The notes under the pieces: generated by a model
Seen by the model: the letters and a program-made list of their open reading frames with translations, nothing else
The model's database searches: none
Told to the model about the DNA's origin: nothing
Part shown: positions 40,501 to 50,728 of the stretch, in pieces
Layout: the number at the start of each line of letters is the position of its first letter
Position numbering within the stretch: position 1 is the stretch's first letter
Virus record (IMG/VR): IMGVR_UViG_3300043434_000674
DNA from: an uncultured virus (IMG/VR IMGVR_UViG_3300043434_000674)
Lineage: Duplodnaviria; Heunggongvirae; Uroviricota; Caudoviricetes
Strand: one strand, 5' to 3'
Length of the DNA: 64,000 nucleotides
Translations under genes and position numbers: made by a program

Positions 40501-41892
40501 ATGACAGAAGTAAGAAAGAAAAAAAAGATTCTTTTACTATCCGATGACTTAAGAATGTCATCTGGTATCGCAACCGTATCAAAAGAATTAGTTTTTGGCA
40601 CATTTGACAAATACGATTGGGTTCAATTGGGAGCCGCAATAAATCACCCCGACAAAGGTAAAGAACTTGATTTAGGTGATGATGCACGTAAAATAAGTGG
40701 TGTTGAAGATGCATCCCTTAAAATTGTTCCGTGGAGTGGTTATGGTGATGCTAACATTTTAAGAGAACTTATAATGAAACATCAACCAGATGCAATCCTT
40801 CATTTTACAGACCCGAGATATTGGAGATGGTTATATGAAATGGAAGCAGAATTAAGACAAAACATTCCTATTTTCTTCTATCATATTTGGGATGATTTGC
40901 CAGACCCGAAATACAACAGAGATTATTACGAAAGTTGTGATTGGTTAGGATGTATTTCAAAACAAACATATGGTATTGTAAAACGCGTAGGTGCAATTAA
41001 AACTCCAACCACTAAACCATTAGAAGATTGGCAAGTTTCGTATGTTCCTCATGGTATCAATTCAGAAACATTCAAACCAGTTGAAGTTCCTACTGAATTT
41101 AAAAAAGAATTATTTGGAGATAAAGAATACGATTTTGTTTTATTTTGGATGAACCGAAATATCAGACGTAAACAACCATCCGATGTAATTTGGGCATATA
41201 AGAGATTCGTAGATGGATTACCAAAAGAAAAACGTGATAAAGTATGTTTATTAATGCATACTCAACCGGTGGATGAAAACGGAACTGATTTATATGCAGT
41301 AAAAGAAACCATTTGCCCAGATTATGATGTAGTTTTCTCAACAAACAGAGTTAATCAAGATCAATTAAATTTAATTCACAATCTTGCCGATGTTACAATT
41401 AACATTGCAGGTAATGAGGGATTTGGATTGGTTACTGCAGAATCTGTAATGGCAGGAACTCCTATTATTGTAAACGTAACAGGTGGATTACAAGACCAGT
41501 GTGGATTTAAACTAAATGGTAAAGAATTCACTGCAGATGATTATGTAGAACATGGTTCATTGCATGATTGGAGAAAATGGGCATCTAAAGTTACACATGG
41601 TGAATGGGTTAAACCAGTATTCCCAAAAGTTCAAACATTAGTAGGTTCAGTTCCAACTCCATATATTATCGATGATAAGGTGGATATTTACGAAGTTGCA
41701 GATGCAATGAGATATTGGTATGAAAAAACACCAGAAGAACGTCAACAAGCAGGATTGAAAGGTAGAGAGTGGATGTTGAACGAAGGTGGGTTATCAAATA
41801 CTAATATGTGTAAAACATTAGTTGATGGTATGGAAACCGCAATGAAAAATTGGAAACCAAAAGATAGATATAACTTATATAAACTAAGATAA
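40501..41892 (+). CDS. Glycosyltransferase, GT-B (GT4-like)
   Basis: ILLLSDD, VPHG, NRNIRRK, EGFGL...E. Confidence 0.88.
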   Translation: MTEVRKKKKILLLSDDLRMSSGIATVSKELVFGTFDKYDWVQLGAAINHPDKGKELDLGDDARKISGVEDASLKIVPWSGYGDANILRELIMKHQPDAILHFTDPRYWRWLYEMEAELRQNIPIFFYHIWDDLPDPKYNRDYYESCDWLGCISKQTYGIVKRVGAIKTPTTKPLEDWQVSYVPHGINSETFKPVEVPTEFKKELFGDKEYDFVLFWMNRNIRRKQPSDVIWAYKRFVDGLPKEKRDKVCLLMHTQPVDENGTDLYAVKETICPDYDVVFSTNRVNQDQLNLIHNLADVTINIAGNEGFGLVTAESVMAGTPIIVNVTGGLQDQCGFKLNGKEFTADDYVEHGSLHDWRKWASKVTHGEWVKPVFPKVQTLVGSVPTPYIIDDKVDIYEVADAMRYWYEKTPEERQQAGLKGREWMLNEGGLSNTNMCKTLVDGMETAMKNWKPKDRYNLYKLR

Positions 41893-42167
41893 TGAGTAAA
41901 CCAATATTCATCATTAGAATGCCAGGAACTTGGTCACCTCAACAAATCGAATCATCTCGTGAGGCTATTTACAAAAATAGAGAATTATGTGAAGATTACC
42001 ATGTAATGGTTCTTGCGGATAGAGAAGTTGAATCGACTGTATTTGAGATGTATAACGCACCAAATGAACCTGATAAATTAGAAAATATTACAAAGTTAAT
42101 TGAATTATCCATCGAAAGGTGTTTAAGACAAGAAGAAGAACAAAGAAAAAGAGAAGAAAATGAATAA
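41892..42167 (+). CDS. Hypothetical protein
   Basis: 91 aa; overlaps both neighbours. Confidence 0.65.
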   Translation: MSKPIFIIRMPGTWSPQQIESSREAIYKNRELCEDYHVMVLADREVESTVFEMYNAPNEPDKLENITKLIELSIERCLRQEEEQRKREENE

Positions 42168-43422
42168 ACCATTATTGTTATTTCAAGCACCAATTGCAAC
42201 CCGTAGTGGTTATGGAGACCATTCTAGAGATTTATTAAAATCTATATTTGCAATGGATAAATTTGATGTGAAAATTGTTCCAACAAGATGGGGAACAACC
42301 CCACAAAATCAATTAGACCCATCAACCGAATTTGGTCAAAAAATACTACAAAATATTGCAGTTACATTGGATAGACAACCCGATGTATTTGTGCAAGTTT
42401 CAGTTGCAAATGAATTCAAAAAAGTTGGTAAATATAATATTGGAGTAACTGCGGGTGTAGAAACTACAATAGCACCTAAAGAATTTATCGATGGGTGTAA
42501 TTTAATGGATTTAGTTTTAGTTCCATCAGAATTTACAAAACAAGTATTAGAAACTACTACATTCACCGAAGTAAATAACCAAACAAAACAAAAAATTAGA
42601 GATATTAAAGTATCTACTCCAATTGAAGTTGTATTTGAAGGTGTCGATTTAGATACGTTTTTAACTCCAACATCAGATGTAGATGTTTTATCTGATATTA
42701 AAACTGATTTTAATTATTTGTATGTAGGTCATTGGTTACAAGGTGATTTAGGACAAGATAGAAAAGATGTGGGTATGATGATAAAAACATTCTGCACCGT
42801 CTTTAAAAATGTTGCTAAAGATAAACAACCTGGTCTTATTTTGAAAACCTCAATGGCAGGATTTTCGGTAGGAGATAGAGAAATCGTTGCAAATAAAATT
42901 AACCAACTTACTAAAGAATTTGGTGATAAGTGTCCTCCAATTTATTTGTTATTCGGTGATTTATCCGAATCAAATATGAGTGATTTATATCATCACCCAA
43001 AAGTAAAGGCGATGATTTCATTTACTAAAGGTGAAGGGTATGGAAGACCTCTTGCAGAATTTGCAACTACGGGTAAACCAATTTTAGTTTCAAATTGGAG
43101 TGGATTGATTGATTTCTTACCAGCAGAAAATACAATATATTTAGAAGGTGAATTAACACCGGTGCATCAATCTGCATCTAATCAATTTTTACTAAAAGAA
43201 TCAAAATGGTTTTCAGTCGATTATACAAAAGCAGCACAATCAATTTTAGATTTACATAAAAACTACAATAAACATTTAAAGAAATCTGCAGGATTGAAAA
43301 CTAATATTGTAAATAAGTTTTCTTTATCAAAGATGCATGAAGTAATGAAAAATGTATTTGATAAATATGTAACGATAAAACAGAAAGTTGAACTTAAATT
43401 ACCTGAAATTAAAAAATTATAA
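42160..43422 (+). CDS. Glycosyltransferase, GT-B (GT4-like)
   Basis: SGYG, VPS, DRKD, GEGYGRPLAE. Confidence 0.88.
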   Translation: MNKPLLLFQAPIATRSGYGDHSRDLLKSIFAMDKFDVKIVPTRWGTTPQNQLDPSTEFGQKILQNIAVTLDRQPDVFVQVSVANEFKKVGKYNIGVTAGVETTIAPKEFIDGCNLMDLVLVPSEFTKQVLETTTFTEVNNQTKQKIRDIKVSTPIEVVFEGVDLDTFLTPTSDVDVLSDIKTDFNYLYVGHWLQGDLGQDRKDVGMMIKTFCTVFKNVAKDKQPGLILKTSMAGFSVGDREIVANKINQLTKEFGDKCPPIYLLFGDLSESNMSDLYHHPKVKAMISFTKGEGYGRPLAEFATTGKPILVSNWSGLIDFLPAENTIYLEGELTPVHQSASNQFLLKESKWFSVDYTKAAQSILDLHKNYNKHLKKSAGLKTNIVNKFSLSKMHEVMKNVFDKYVTIKQKVELKLPEIKKL

Positions 43423-43423
43423 A

Positions 43424-43948
43424 ATGGCATACACAGGTCAGTATAAACAATTTTTAAAACCGGAAGTTAGGGTAAGTAAAGGTGAGATAAAACCCAGAAA
43501 CATTTATCGAATTTCTACTTATGCAGGTGGAACACCTCCTACTAAAGTTGGTGATCAATCTCGTTATGTATTTGTTATTGGTAAAATTGATGGTAAAATA
43601 CATTGTATTAAATTAAATGATGTTAAACCAATTGATTTTACAAATCTTATAAATAAATTAAGAGATAAACGAATCCCCATAAAATCAGATCAAGCATTAG
43701 AAGAATTGTTAAAATTATTTTCAAACGATGGTAAACAATTATTTGAAACTTATATAAAAACGAATTCAAAAGTATATTCATCTAAAATGGCTAATTATAG
43801 AACTTATATTTTAGATAATATTCAGAATGTTTGGGAGATTAGATTTGAAGAAGGATTTTTACGAACGTTATTTAAAGAGGGTGGAACTACCACAACTCAA
43901 AGAGATACGATTCAAACTGAAGTTGCAGAAAAGGGAGTAAATGAATAA
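43424..43948 (+). CDS. Hypothetical protein
   Basis: ATG 43424 follows the upstream stop directly (ORF track starts at 43388). Confidence 0.7.
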   Translation: MAYTGQYKQFLKPEVRVSKGEIKPRNIYRISTYAGGTPPTKVGDQSRYVFVIGKIDGKIHCIKLNDVKPIDFTNLINKLRDKRIPIKSDQALEELLKLFSNDGKQLFETYIKTNSKVYSSKMANYRTYILDNIQNVWEIRFEEGFLRTLFKEGGTTTTQRDTIQTEVAEKGVNE

Positions 43949-44702
43949 TATACTAGCATTAGGATGTTCATTCACTTGGGGAGAATCATTACAATTCTTT
44001 TCAGGTTTAGATTCGGTGGTATGGAAACAGGATAGACCTCAGTTTCCAGATTCACTTAAAACATTAGATGATGCTCAATTAAATTTTATATACCAAAATC
44101 GTTGGCCTGCTTTATTGGCTAACCAATTAGGAGTTGAATATATTACTAAATCAAGAAATGGTGGTTCTAATATGGAATCATTAACTTTTGCTACTGAATT
44201 CTATAACAATCCTTCTAATTTAGAAAATTATAAAATTTGCGTATTTCAACTTACAGAATTTTCTAGAGACCCATTTATATTTAAATTACCATCGGGTGAG
44301 ATATTAGAAAAAACTGATTATTCTACGTTGGAATATGAAAGACAAGTGCTTGGGTTGGATAATGATACTATTCTTAAAGATTCATACACTTATTTCTATG
44401 ATAAATTATATGAATTTAAAACTTTTTTAGAATCAAATGGAGTATTAGTTTATATAATAGCATACCCCAAAGATTCAGTTGAAGTTTTAAAAACTCATAA
44501 ATTATATTCAAACTTTGTAACCTTAAAATATAAAGAAAACGAATACACATCAACCGATGATTTGAGTGAAAATCATCCGTTGTTGGTTATTGAAAATTAT
44601 TTTTCTGATAAGAATTTAAATAAAGGTGATAATCATTTAATTTTAGAAGGTCATCACATAATAGCAAATAGTATTTACAAAGAAATTAAAAAAAATGATT
44701 AG
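43941..44702 (+). CDS. SGNH/GDSL-like protein
   Basis: GCSFTWG, GGSN, DNH....GH. Confidence 0.6.
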   Translation: MNNILALGCSFTWGESLQFFSGLDSVVWKQDRPQFPDSLKTLDDAQLNFIYQNRWPALLANQLGVEYITKSRNGGSNMESLTFATEFYNNPSNLENYKICVFQLTEFSRDPFIFKLPSGEILEKTDYSTLEYERQVLGLDNDTILKDSYTYFYDKLYEFKTFLESNGVLVYIIAYPKDSVEVLKTHKLYSNFVTLKYKENEYTSTDDLSENHPLLVIENYFSDKNLNKGDNHLILEGHHIIANSIYKEIKKND

Positions 44703-45327
44703 TATAAGTTACGCAATAACGGTTTGTAATGAATTAGAAGAAATAGTTAAATTACTAAACTTTTTACAATTACATATAAGACCAGAAGATGAAGTTGTAA
44801 TTCAATATGATTCAACATCTGCTACTCAAGAAGTCAAAGAATATTTGAATGTAATGGATATGATGCAAGATAATCATACACTTATTTCATTTCCACTTAA
44901 TAATGATTTTGCAACTTTTAAAAATAATCTAAAATCACATTGTAGTAAGGATTATATTTTTCAAATTGATGCAGATGAAATTCCACATCAGACATTAATT
45001 GAGTATTTACCTCAAGTATTAGAATCCAACCCAGTAGATGTAGTATTCGTTCCACGTATCAATACCGTTGAAGGATTAACCGAATCTCACATTAAAAAAT
45101 GGGGATGGAATGTAAATGAAAAAGGTTGGGTAAATTTTCCCGATTACCAATTGAGAATTTACAAAAGAACCGATGACGTTGTGTGGATGAATAAAGTTCA
45201 CGAAACCATCACAGGTTACACCACATTTTCAAATTTCCCAACTGAAGAAGATTGGTGTTTATACCATCCAAAAGAAATTCAAAGACAGGAAAAACAAAAC
45301 GATTATTACGAAACAATTCAGAGATGA
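44695..45327 (+). CDS. Glycosyltransferase, GT-A (GT2-like)
   Basis: ISYAITVCNE, FQIDADE, VHE. Confidence 0.85.
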   Translation: MISISYAITVCNELEEIVKLLNFLQLHIRPEDEVVIQYDSTSATQEVKEYLNVMDMMQDNHTLISFPLNNDFATFKNNLKSHCSKDYIFQIDADEIPHQTLIEYLPQVLESNPVDVVFVPRINTVEGLTESHIKKWGWNVNEKGWVNFPDYQLRIYKRTDDVVWMNKVHETITGYTTFSNFPTEEDWCLYHPKEIQRQEKQNDYYETIQR

Positions 45328-46067
45328 GTAAAAATATAATCTTTATACCTGCGTATAATGGATTTAATACTCAATTACCAGAATGTATTGAATCCTGGAA
45401 ATGGTATTGCAATAAGTGGAATATTGAATTGATTATTGCAAATGAAAAAAAAGTATATGATTTCGAGCCATGGGGAAACGGATGTTTTGAACCCTGGTTT
45501 GATAATCGTTTAGTTGATTTGGAATATGATAAAGTTTTAATCGTAGATGCAGATACTATGGTTAGATGGGATACCCCAAATATATTCGAAGTTGCTAAAG
45601 ATTATGAAATGTGTGTTGTAGCAGATGCAGGTGGAGAATTTTCTGGACATCGTCATTTACAACAATGGATTAGAATTAACCCTGATATAAAAACTCCGGC
45701 AGATAAATACTTTAATACGGGATTTGTATTTTTATCAAAGAAAAAATATTTAGCAATTAGAGAACAGATGCCTAAGTATTATGATTATTGGTCATTCTTT
45801 TACAAAATCGGACCACAAGGACCAAATGCTTGTGAACAAACTCCTGTTAATATTATAGCATATGAATTGTTTCCAACTGAAATTCATCATTTAGAATATA
45901 TTTGGAATAATATGGTCATGCATGAGTATGAGGATGGTTCGTTTGTAAATGATTCATATATCTGGCACTTTACTGGTCCTAAGATGGGTGGACATACTAA
46001 CAAAAGAAATATTATAAGACAAATTTGGAATCATATAAAAAATTACTATGAAAAAACTACCAATTAG
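45324..46067 (+). CDS. Glycosyltransferase, GT-A (GT8-like)
   Basis: VDADT, YFNTG, EQT..N, WHFTG; ATGA overlap start at 45324. Confidence 0.8.
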   Translation: MSKNIIFIPAYNGFNTQLPECIESWKWYCNKWNIELIIANEKKVYDFEPWGNGCFEPWFDNRLVDLEYDKVLIVDADTMVRWDTPNIFEVAKDYEMCVVADAGGEFSGHRHLQQWIRINPDIKTPADKYFNTGFVFLSKKKYLAIREQMPKYYDYWSFFYKIGPQGPNACEQTPVNIIAYELFPTEIHHLEYIWNNMVMHEYEDGSFVNDSYIWHFTGPKMGGHTNKRNIIRQIWNHIKNYYEKTTN

Positions 46068-46788
46068 TGTAGGAATACTTGCATGGCATTCAGGTCAAGT
46101 TCTGGTAGACACTCTGACAACATATTACCACAATGGGTTATTCGATATGGTAAACGATGTTACTATTCTTTTTCAAGAAGTAACGGAGGAGGATATTAAA
46201 ATTGCATCACATTTTGGTATTGATTGTATTGGTTTACAAAAAAATATTGGAATTGGTAAAGCATTCAAACGTTTAACTGAAAATGCACAAACAGATTATG
46301 TTCTTATTTTAGAGCATGATTGGAATCTAATCGAAAACGAAGAAACTACATTTTTAAGATTACAGAAAAGTTATCAGGCATTAGAAATGGGATTGGATGT
46401 AGTTCGTTTAAGACATAGAAGAGAACCCGGTCATCCACATTTTTCATTTCAATATAAAGGTAGAGAATTAGAATACTATGATGATTGGCACGAACTTACA
46501 TCACCACATCTATTAGATTCAGTTCATTGGTGTGAACCTGATATTGAGTTTCCAGAACAAATTAAGAAAAGTGAAGATATGTTTTACACCACATCTCGTT
46601 ATGGGAATTGGACAAACAATCCTTGTTTATATAAAAAACAATTTTATTTAGATGCAATCGAACCATTTATGGGTGAGGGTATTGATTTGGAAAGAAAGAT
46701 TGCATATTGGTGGCCAAGACAAGATTTCAAAGTTGGACACAATGAAGGATTATTCAAACACAACGATTGGAAAAAATACGGAAAATAA
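46048..46788 (+). CDS. Glycosyltransferase-like protein, GT-A
   Basis: NIGIG, LILEHDW, WTNNP. Confidence 0.7.
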   Translation: MKKLPISVGILAWHSGQVLVDTLTTYYHNGLFDMVNDVTILFQEVTEEDIKIASHFGIDCIGLQKNIGIGKAFKRLTENAQTDYVLILEHDWNLIENEETTFLRLQKSYQALEMGLDVVRLRHRREPGHPHFSFQYKGRELEYYDDWHELTSPHLLDSVHWCEPDIEFPEQIKKSEDMFYTTSRYGNWTNNPCLYKKQFYLDAIEPFMGEGIDLERKIAYWWPRQDFKVGHNEGLFKHNDWKKYGK

Positions 46789-47579
46789 TGAATTACACAA
46801 TAGTAGGTTGTATAACAAAATACGGAATTGAAGATATAAAACCATTTGTAGAATCTATCGAACAAAGTGGATATACCGGCGAGAAATTGATGTTGGTATA
46901 TGAAATATCAAATGATACGATTGAGTATCTTAAAAGTAAAGGATGGAGTTTATATGGTTCAGAATTACAACAACATATAATAGTTCAGAGATTTAGAGAT
47001 ATGTATGTTTTATTACAATCTTTACAAACTGATGTTATTATATGGTGTGATGTGAAAGATATTGTATTTCAAAAAAATCCAACTGAATGGTTAGATAAGA
47101 ATATGAAAGGTGATATCCTTGCTTTTTCTGAATCATTGATTTTTGATCACGATAGTTGGGCACATATTAATGCAGGAACATCATTTCCAATTGAATGGGA
47201 ATGGTTGAAGAACGAAGAAATTTATTGTGCAGGAACGATTGTTGGTAAAAAAGATGCTATTAAAGATTTATTCATCGATATTTACAGATGGTCATTAACA
47301 ACTTCAAATCCAGGACAATTAGCAGACCAAGCAGCATATAATATATTATTGAGATTACATCAATTCAAAGATAAGGTTCAGTTTGTAAAACAACAAGAAG
47401 GTTTTGCTGCACAATTACATTTGAAAATTAGATTTGATAAACAACATCTTTGTAGTGAAGAACTTGCTACAATCGATGGTGATTTGATAAAAACTTCAAA
47501 TGGTGAATTATTTACAATCGTGCATCAGTATGATAGGGATGATACACTTAAAAACTTAATAAAAACAAAATACAAATGA
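46788..47579 (+). CDS. Glycosyltransferase-like protein (DxD type)
   Basis: RF, CDVKDI.FQ.NP, CAGT, DQA.YN, VHQYDR. Confidence 0.7.
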   Translation: MNYTIVGCITKYGIEDIKPFVESIEQSGYTGEKLMLVYEISNDTIEYLKSKGWSLYGSELQQHIIVQRFRDMYVLLQSLQTDVIIWCDVKDIVFQKNPTEWLDKNMKGDILAFSESLIFDHDSWAHINAGTSFPIEWEWLKNEEIYCAGTIVGKKDAIKDLFIDIYRWSLTTSNPGQLADQAAYNILLRLHQFKDKVQFVKQQEGFAAQLHLKIRFDKQHLCSEELATIDGDLIKTSNGELFTIVHQYDRDDTLKNLIKTKYK

Positions 47580-48469
47580 ATATAGTTTTATCAACATTTA
47601 TATTACCACATGAGATTGATGATTTAGAGCAAATTCTTTTGCAATTAAAAAAATCATCTCTCTTATTAGATTCTAAAATTGATTTTACAATCGATGTGGC
47701 AATGACTATAGCAGATGATATGATTGATTGGAAAAAATCATCATTACCAAAATCATATTTTTTAGATAAATTGTTAAAATTATCTACTGATGTGGATTGG
47801 TGTAGTAAAACTTTCAATGCAAGTGAAACAATTAAAGGATGTATCTCACATAAAAGAGATGTCTTAGAAAGATATGAAGATGCTGATTATTTTATTTGGT
47901 TAGATAGTGATATTGTATTCGATGAACGAACTTTACCTTATATGGTAAGTAGTTTATCAGCTTTATCTGAATATGATTATACTATCATCACTCCCGAAAT
48001 TGTAAAATTATGGGATGATACGTGGGATTGTTTAGTTAATGAATCATTTTTAGATAAACCATTAAATTATCATCTAACTAATAATCCATATAAAGATAGT
48101 GGAATTAAAGGCGAGGTATCAGTTGAATCGGTTGTAAATACGATACCAGAACAACCAACTTACAAATTCGCAGGAGGATGGTTTACGTGTATTAGTGCTA
48201 AATTATTAAATCGAATCGGTATACCAGAATCCTTTGGTCATTATGGTCCTGCAGATGATACTTACATTATGTGGGCTTCTGAAAAAATCTCGAGATTGGA
48301 TAATAATCCTGTCAAACAATTTAAGTTAAAAAACATAGTTGTTTGTGAAAATTATCGATATCGAAATCAAGGACACTATATAAATCATATGAGTATTTAC
48401 AATCGAAAGGATGAATTTAAAAAAATTGCTACCTCCAAATTAACAGAAGAATACAATAAACTCACTTAA
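47576..48469 (+). CDS. Glycosyltransferase-like protein, GT-A
   Basis: IWLDSDI, GGWFT, YGPADD. Confidence 0.7.
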   Translation: MNIVLSTFILPHEIDDLEQILLQLKKSSLLLDSKIDFTIDVAMTIADDMIDWKKSSLPKSYFLDKLLKLSTDVDWCSKTFNASETIKGCISHKRDVLERYEDADYFIWLDSDIVFDERTLPYMVSSLSALSEYDYTIITPEIVKLWDDTWDCLVNESFLDKPLNYHLTNNPYKDSGIKGEVSVESVVNTIPEQPTYKFAGGWFTCISAKLLNRIGIPESFGHYGPADDTYIMWASEKISRLDNNPVKQFKLKNIVVCENYRYRNQGHYINHMSIYNRKDEFKKIATSKLTEEYNKLT

Positions 48470-48482
48470 TAGTGAGTTTTTT
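48458..48482 (+). terminator. Intrinsic terminator closing the glycosyltransferase cluster
   Basis: AAACTCACT-taat-AGTGAGTTT followed by Ts. Confidence 0.75.
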
Positions 48483-48575
48483 GTTTTTAGTCTCGTATTT
48501 ATATTTACAAATTTTAAATGTTATACAAATCAGTTTCATAAATTAAGGTTACCTAAATCCAAACCAGGAGGTAAC

Positions 48576-49076
48576 GTGAAATACGGTCTATTAAATTTAA
48601 TTAAGATTTTTTGTATCTGCACAATATTAGTATTTGTATCAGATTCATCTCAAGAAGACAAAAAAATTAAAATCGGTGAAATAACTAATGAAATTCGATT
48701 AGGACCATTTGCTGGCCAAAGAAATATGGCAGTGGGTGTAAAGAATATCTTAGAAGAATTATTTCAAGATTTAGATTATCAATTAACTCCCGATGCGGAG
48801 GAAGAAATAACAATCCGTTTAGTATTTTTTGATGTAAAAAATATCGGTCAAAATATCGGTATTTATCACAATGATGTGTCTTTGACTGAAATCATTGCTA
48901 TTGGTGAATTACGAAGAAATGGTAAAGTTGTAAAAAAGACAATACAGAAAGGTCAAAGTAAAGAAATTTCAACTTCTACTTTGGTGGTTGCAGAAGATGG
49001 TTCGTTTAATCAACAAACCGCAAGTATAGCACTTAAAAAAGTATGTGAAAGCATAGTAAAGGATTTAACAAAATGA
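48576..49076 (+). CDS. Exported protein, possibly CsgG/LptE-like alpha/beta fold
   Basis: GTG start after AGGAGG; hydrophobic N-terminus; GVKNILEE segment echoes GVTNMVIE in the CsgG-like protein at 55520. Confidence 0.55.
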   Translation: MKYGLLNLIKIFCICTILVFVSDSSQEDKKIKIGEITNEIRLGPFAGQRNMAVGVKNILEELFQDLDYQLTPDAEEEITIRLVFFDVKNIGQNIGIYHNDVSLTEIIAIGELRRNGKVVKKTIQKGQSKEISTSTLVVAEDGSFNQQTASIALKKVCESIVKDLTK

Positions 49077-50725
49077 AAAAACTATTAACATTTTTGGGGA
49101 TATTTTTAATATCACTTACATCATTTGGACAACTAACTATTAGTCAGTCCTTAACACCTGCAACTGGGTTAAAAGTTGGAGATACCATCACTGTCAAATA
49201 TACATTATCAAAAGGACAAGTGATTAAGAATCCACGTTATCTTTGGTTTAGATATCAATATAACAACAAAGCGTTGACATATGTTTCAACTACATTTAAT
49301 CAGGGTTCATCTACTCAAACTTTCTATACTGGTTGGAATAACTATAAGTTTATATTCAATGGTGGTGCAAGTGATAATGATTTGAACGTTCAGTATGGGT
49401 TAACTCCGTGGAATTATCAATCAAATGTAGATTGGAATGTTGGTCAATTGACTATTCAACGTGCAGATGCATCTATTAGTGGATTGATTGCTACTCAAAA
49501 ATACATTCTAAAAGACCAAAATACTTACAACAATATTTTCAAATTAGATTTAGCAACTGGTACTGATATTGATGGTTCGAATGTGGGAACTATTTATGGC
49601 GGTGGTTCATCATCTTTAAATAACGTAACGGGTAATACATCTCAATTCAAAGTAAAAGTTTTATTTCCACAAGGATATAACATCACAGATCATAACGTTC
49701 AATTGATGAGATTAAAATCAGATGGCAGTGGCACTATTGATTGGTCTCAACAACCTATTGCACAATTACCATTGGATGGTAGTGGTGAGGCACTATTCAC
49801 AACTCAAGTTAAAGTAGGAGATTCAGTTGGTGTATTTGTTGGACCGGCATTCCAAAAAGCATGGATGAATGATATTGTAACCGTATCGGATGCATACAAA
49901 GCATTCTTAGGTCATTCACAAACTGATATTAGTGGAACTGGAAACTACTTTACTTTACCTACATTGGAAAAGAAAATTGGTAAAGTAACTACTAATAATA
50001 ACGCATTCGGTGAAGGTGATTCTTACGCTTTATTTGCACACATAATGGGACAAGATGTATCATCAACTGCAATGATTCCTACTAACACTTCAACATCAGT
50101 AAGATGGTATAGTGGTTTATTGAATCAAAATTGGTTAGATGGTATTGTTAAAAACAGAGTATTGATTGATACTCCAATTAAAGAAGTTTATGCAGTATTT
50201 GCTTGGGGTGGTGATTTGAACTGGTCACATTCATCAGACCCATCAGTAATAGCAACTAAAATAAGTGCTGGACAATATACAAACGCAGTGAGTAGTAAAC
50301 AAGTAAACTCAATCAAATCAATGAGTAATACAACAATGGCTTATCAAACTTTAGCAGTTGAAAAAGCAACATTGGGTATATCATCTACATTGGAAGGTGG
50401 TAAAGTTGTATTAACTACTAAATTAACAAAAACAGAATTAGCAGGTTTACAAGTCGTAATGAATTATGATGAATCTAAATTAACATTGGATAATGTAATA
50501 TTTGATACAGGTAATACCATCACTAATTTCTCTACACATGAAAATGGTAGATTAACGTTTGGTTCTATTGACCAATTAAAAACTGCAAGAATTAAAGTAG
50601 GGACTCCTTACAAATTGATTTTTACACCAAAAACACCTTTAACAAATACTGCAGGATTATTCTACTTCGTTCTTTCAGATGCAGTAGATTCAAAGGGTAA
50701 CAAAATTGACTTAATAGTTGAATAA
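49073..50725 (+). CDS. Secreted protein with cohesin-like domains
   Basis: Signal peptide ending SFGQ; KVGDTITV...FRYQYNNKAL; C-terminal LAGLQVVMNYDESKL. Confidence 0.6.
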   Translation: MKKLLTFLGIFLISLTSFGQLTISQSLTPATGLKVGDTITVKYTLSKGQVIKNPRYLWFRYQYNNKALTYVSTTFNQGSSTQTFYTGWNNYKFIFNGGASDNDLNVQYGLTPWNYQSNVDWNVGQLTIQRADASISGLIATQKYILKDQNTYNNIFKLDLATGTDIDGSNVGTIYGGGSSSLNNVTGNTSQFKVKVLFPQGYNITDHNVQLMRLKSDGSGTIDWSQQPIAQLPLDGSGEALFTTQVKVGDSVGVFVGPAFQKAWMNDIVTVSDAYKAFLGHSQTDISGTGNYFTLPTLEKKIGKVTTNNNAFGEGDSYALFAHIMGQDVSSTAMIPTNTSTSVRWYSGLLNQNWLDGIVKNRVLIDTPIKEVYAVFAWGGDLNWSHSSDPSVIATKISAGQYTNAVSSKQVNSIKSMSNTTMAYQTLAVEKATLGISSTLEGGKVVLTTKLTKTELAGLQVVMNYDESKLTLDNVIFDTGNTITNFSTHENGRLTFGSIDQLKTARIKVGTPYKLIFTPKTPLTNTAGLFYFVLSDAVDSKGNKIDLIVE

Positions 50726-50728
50726 GAT

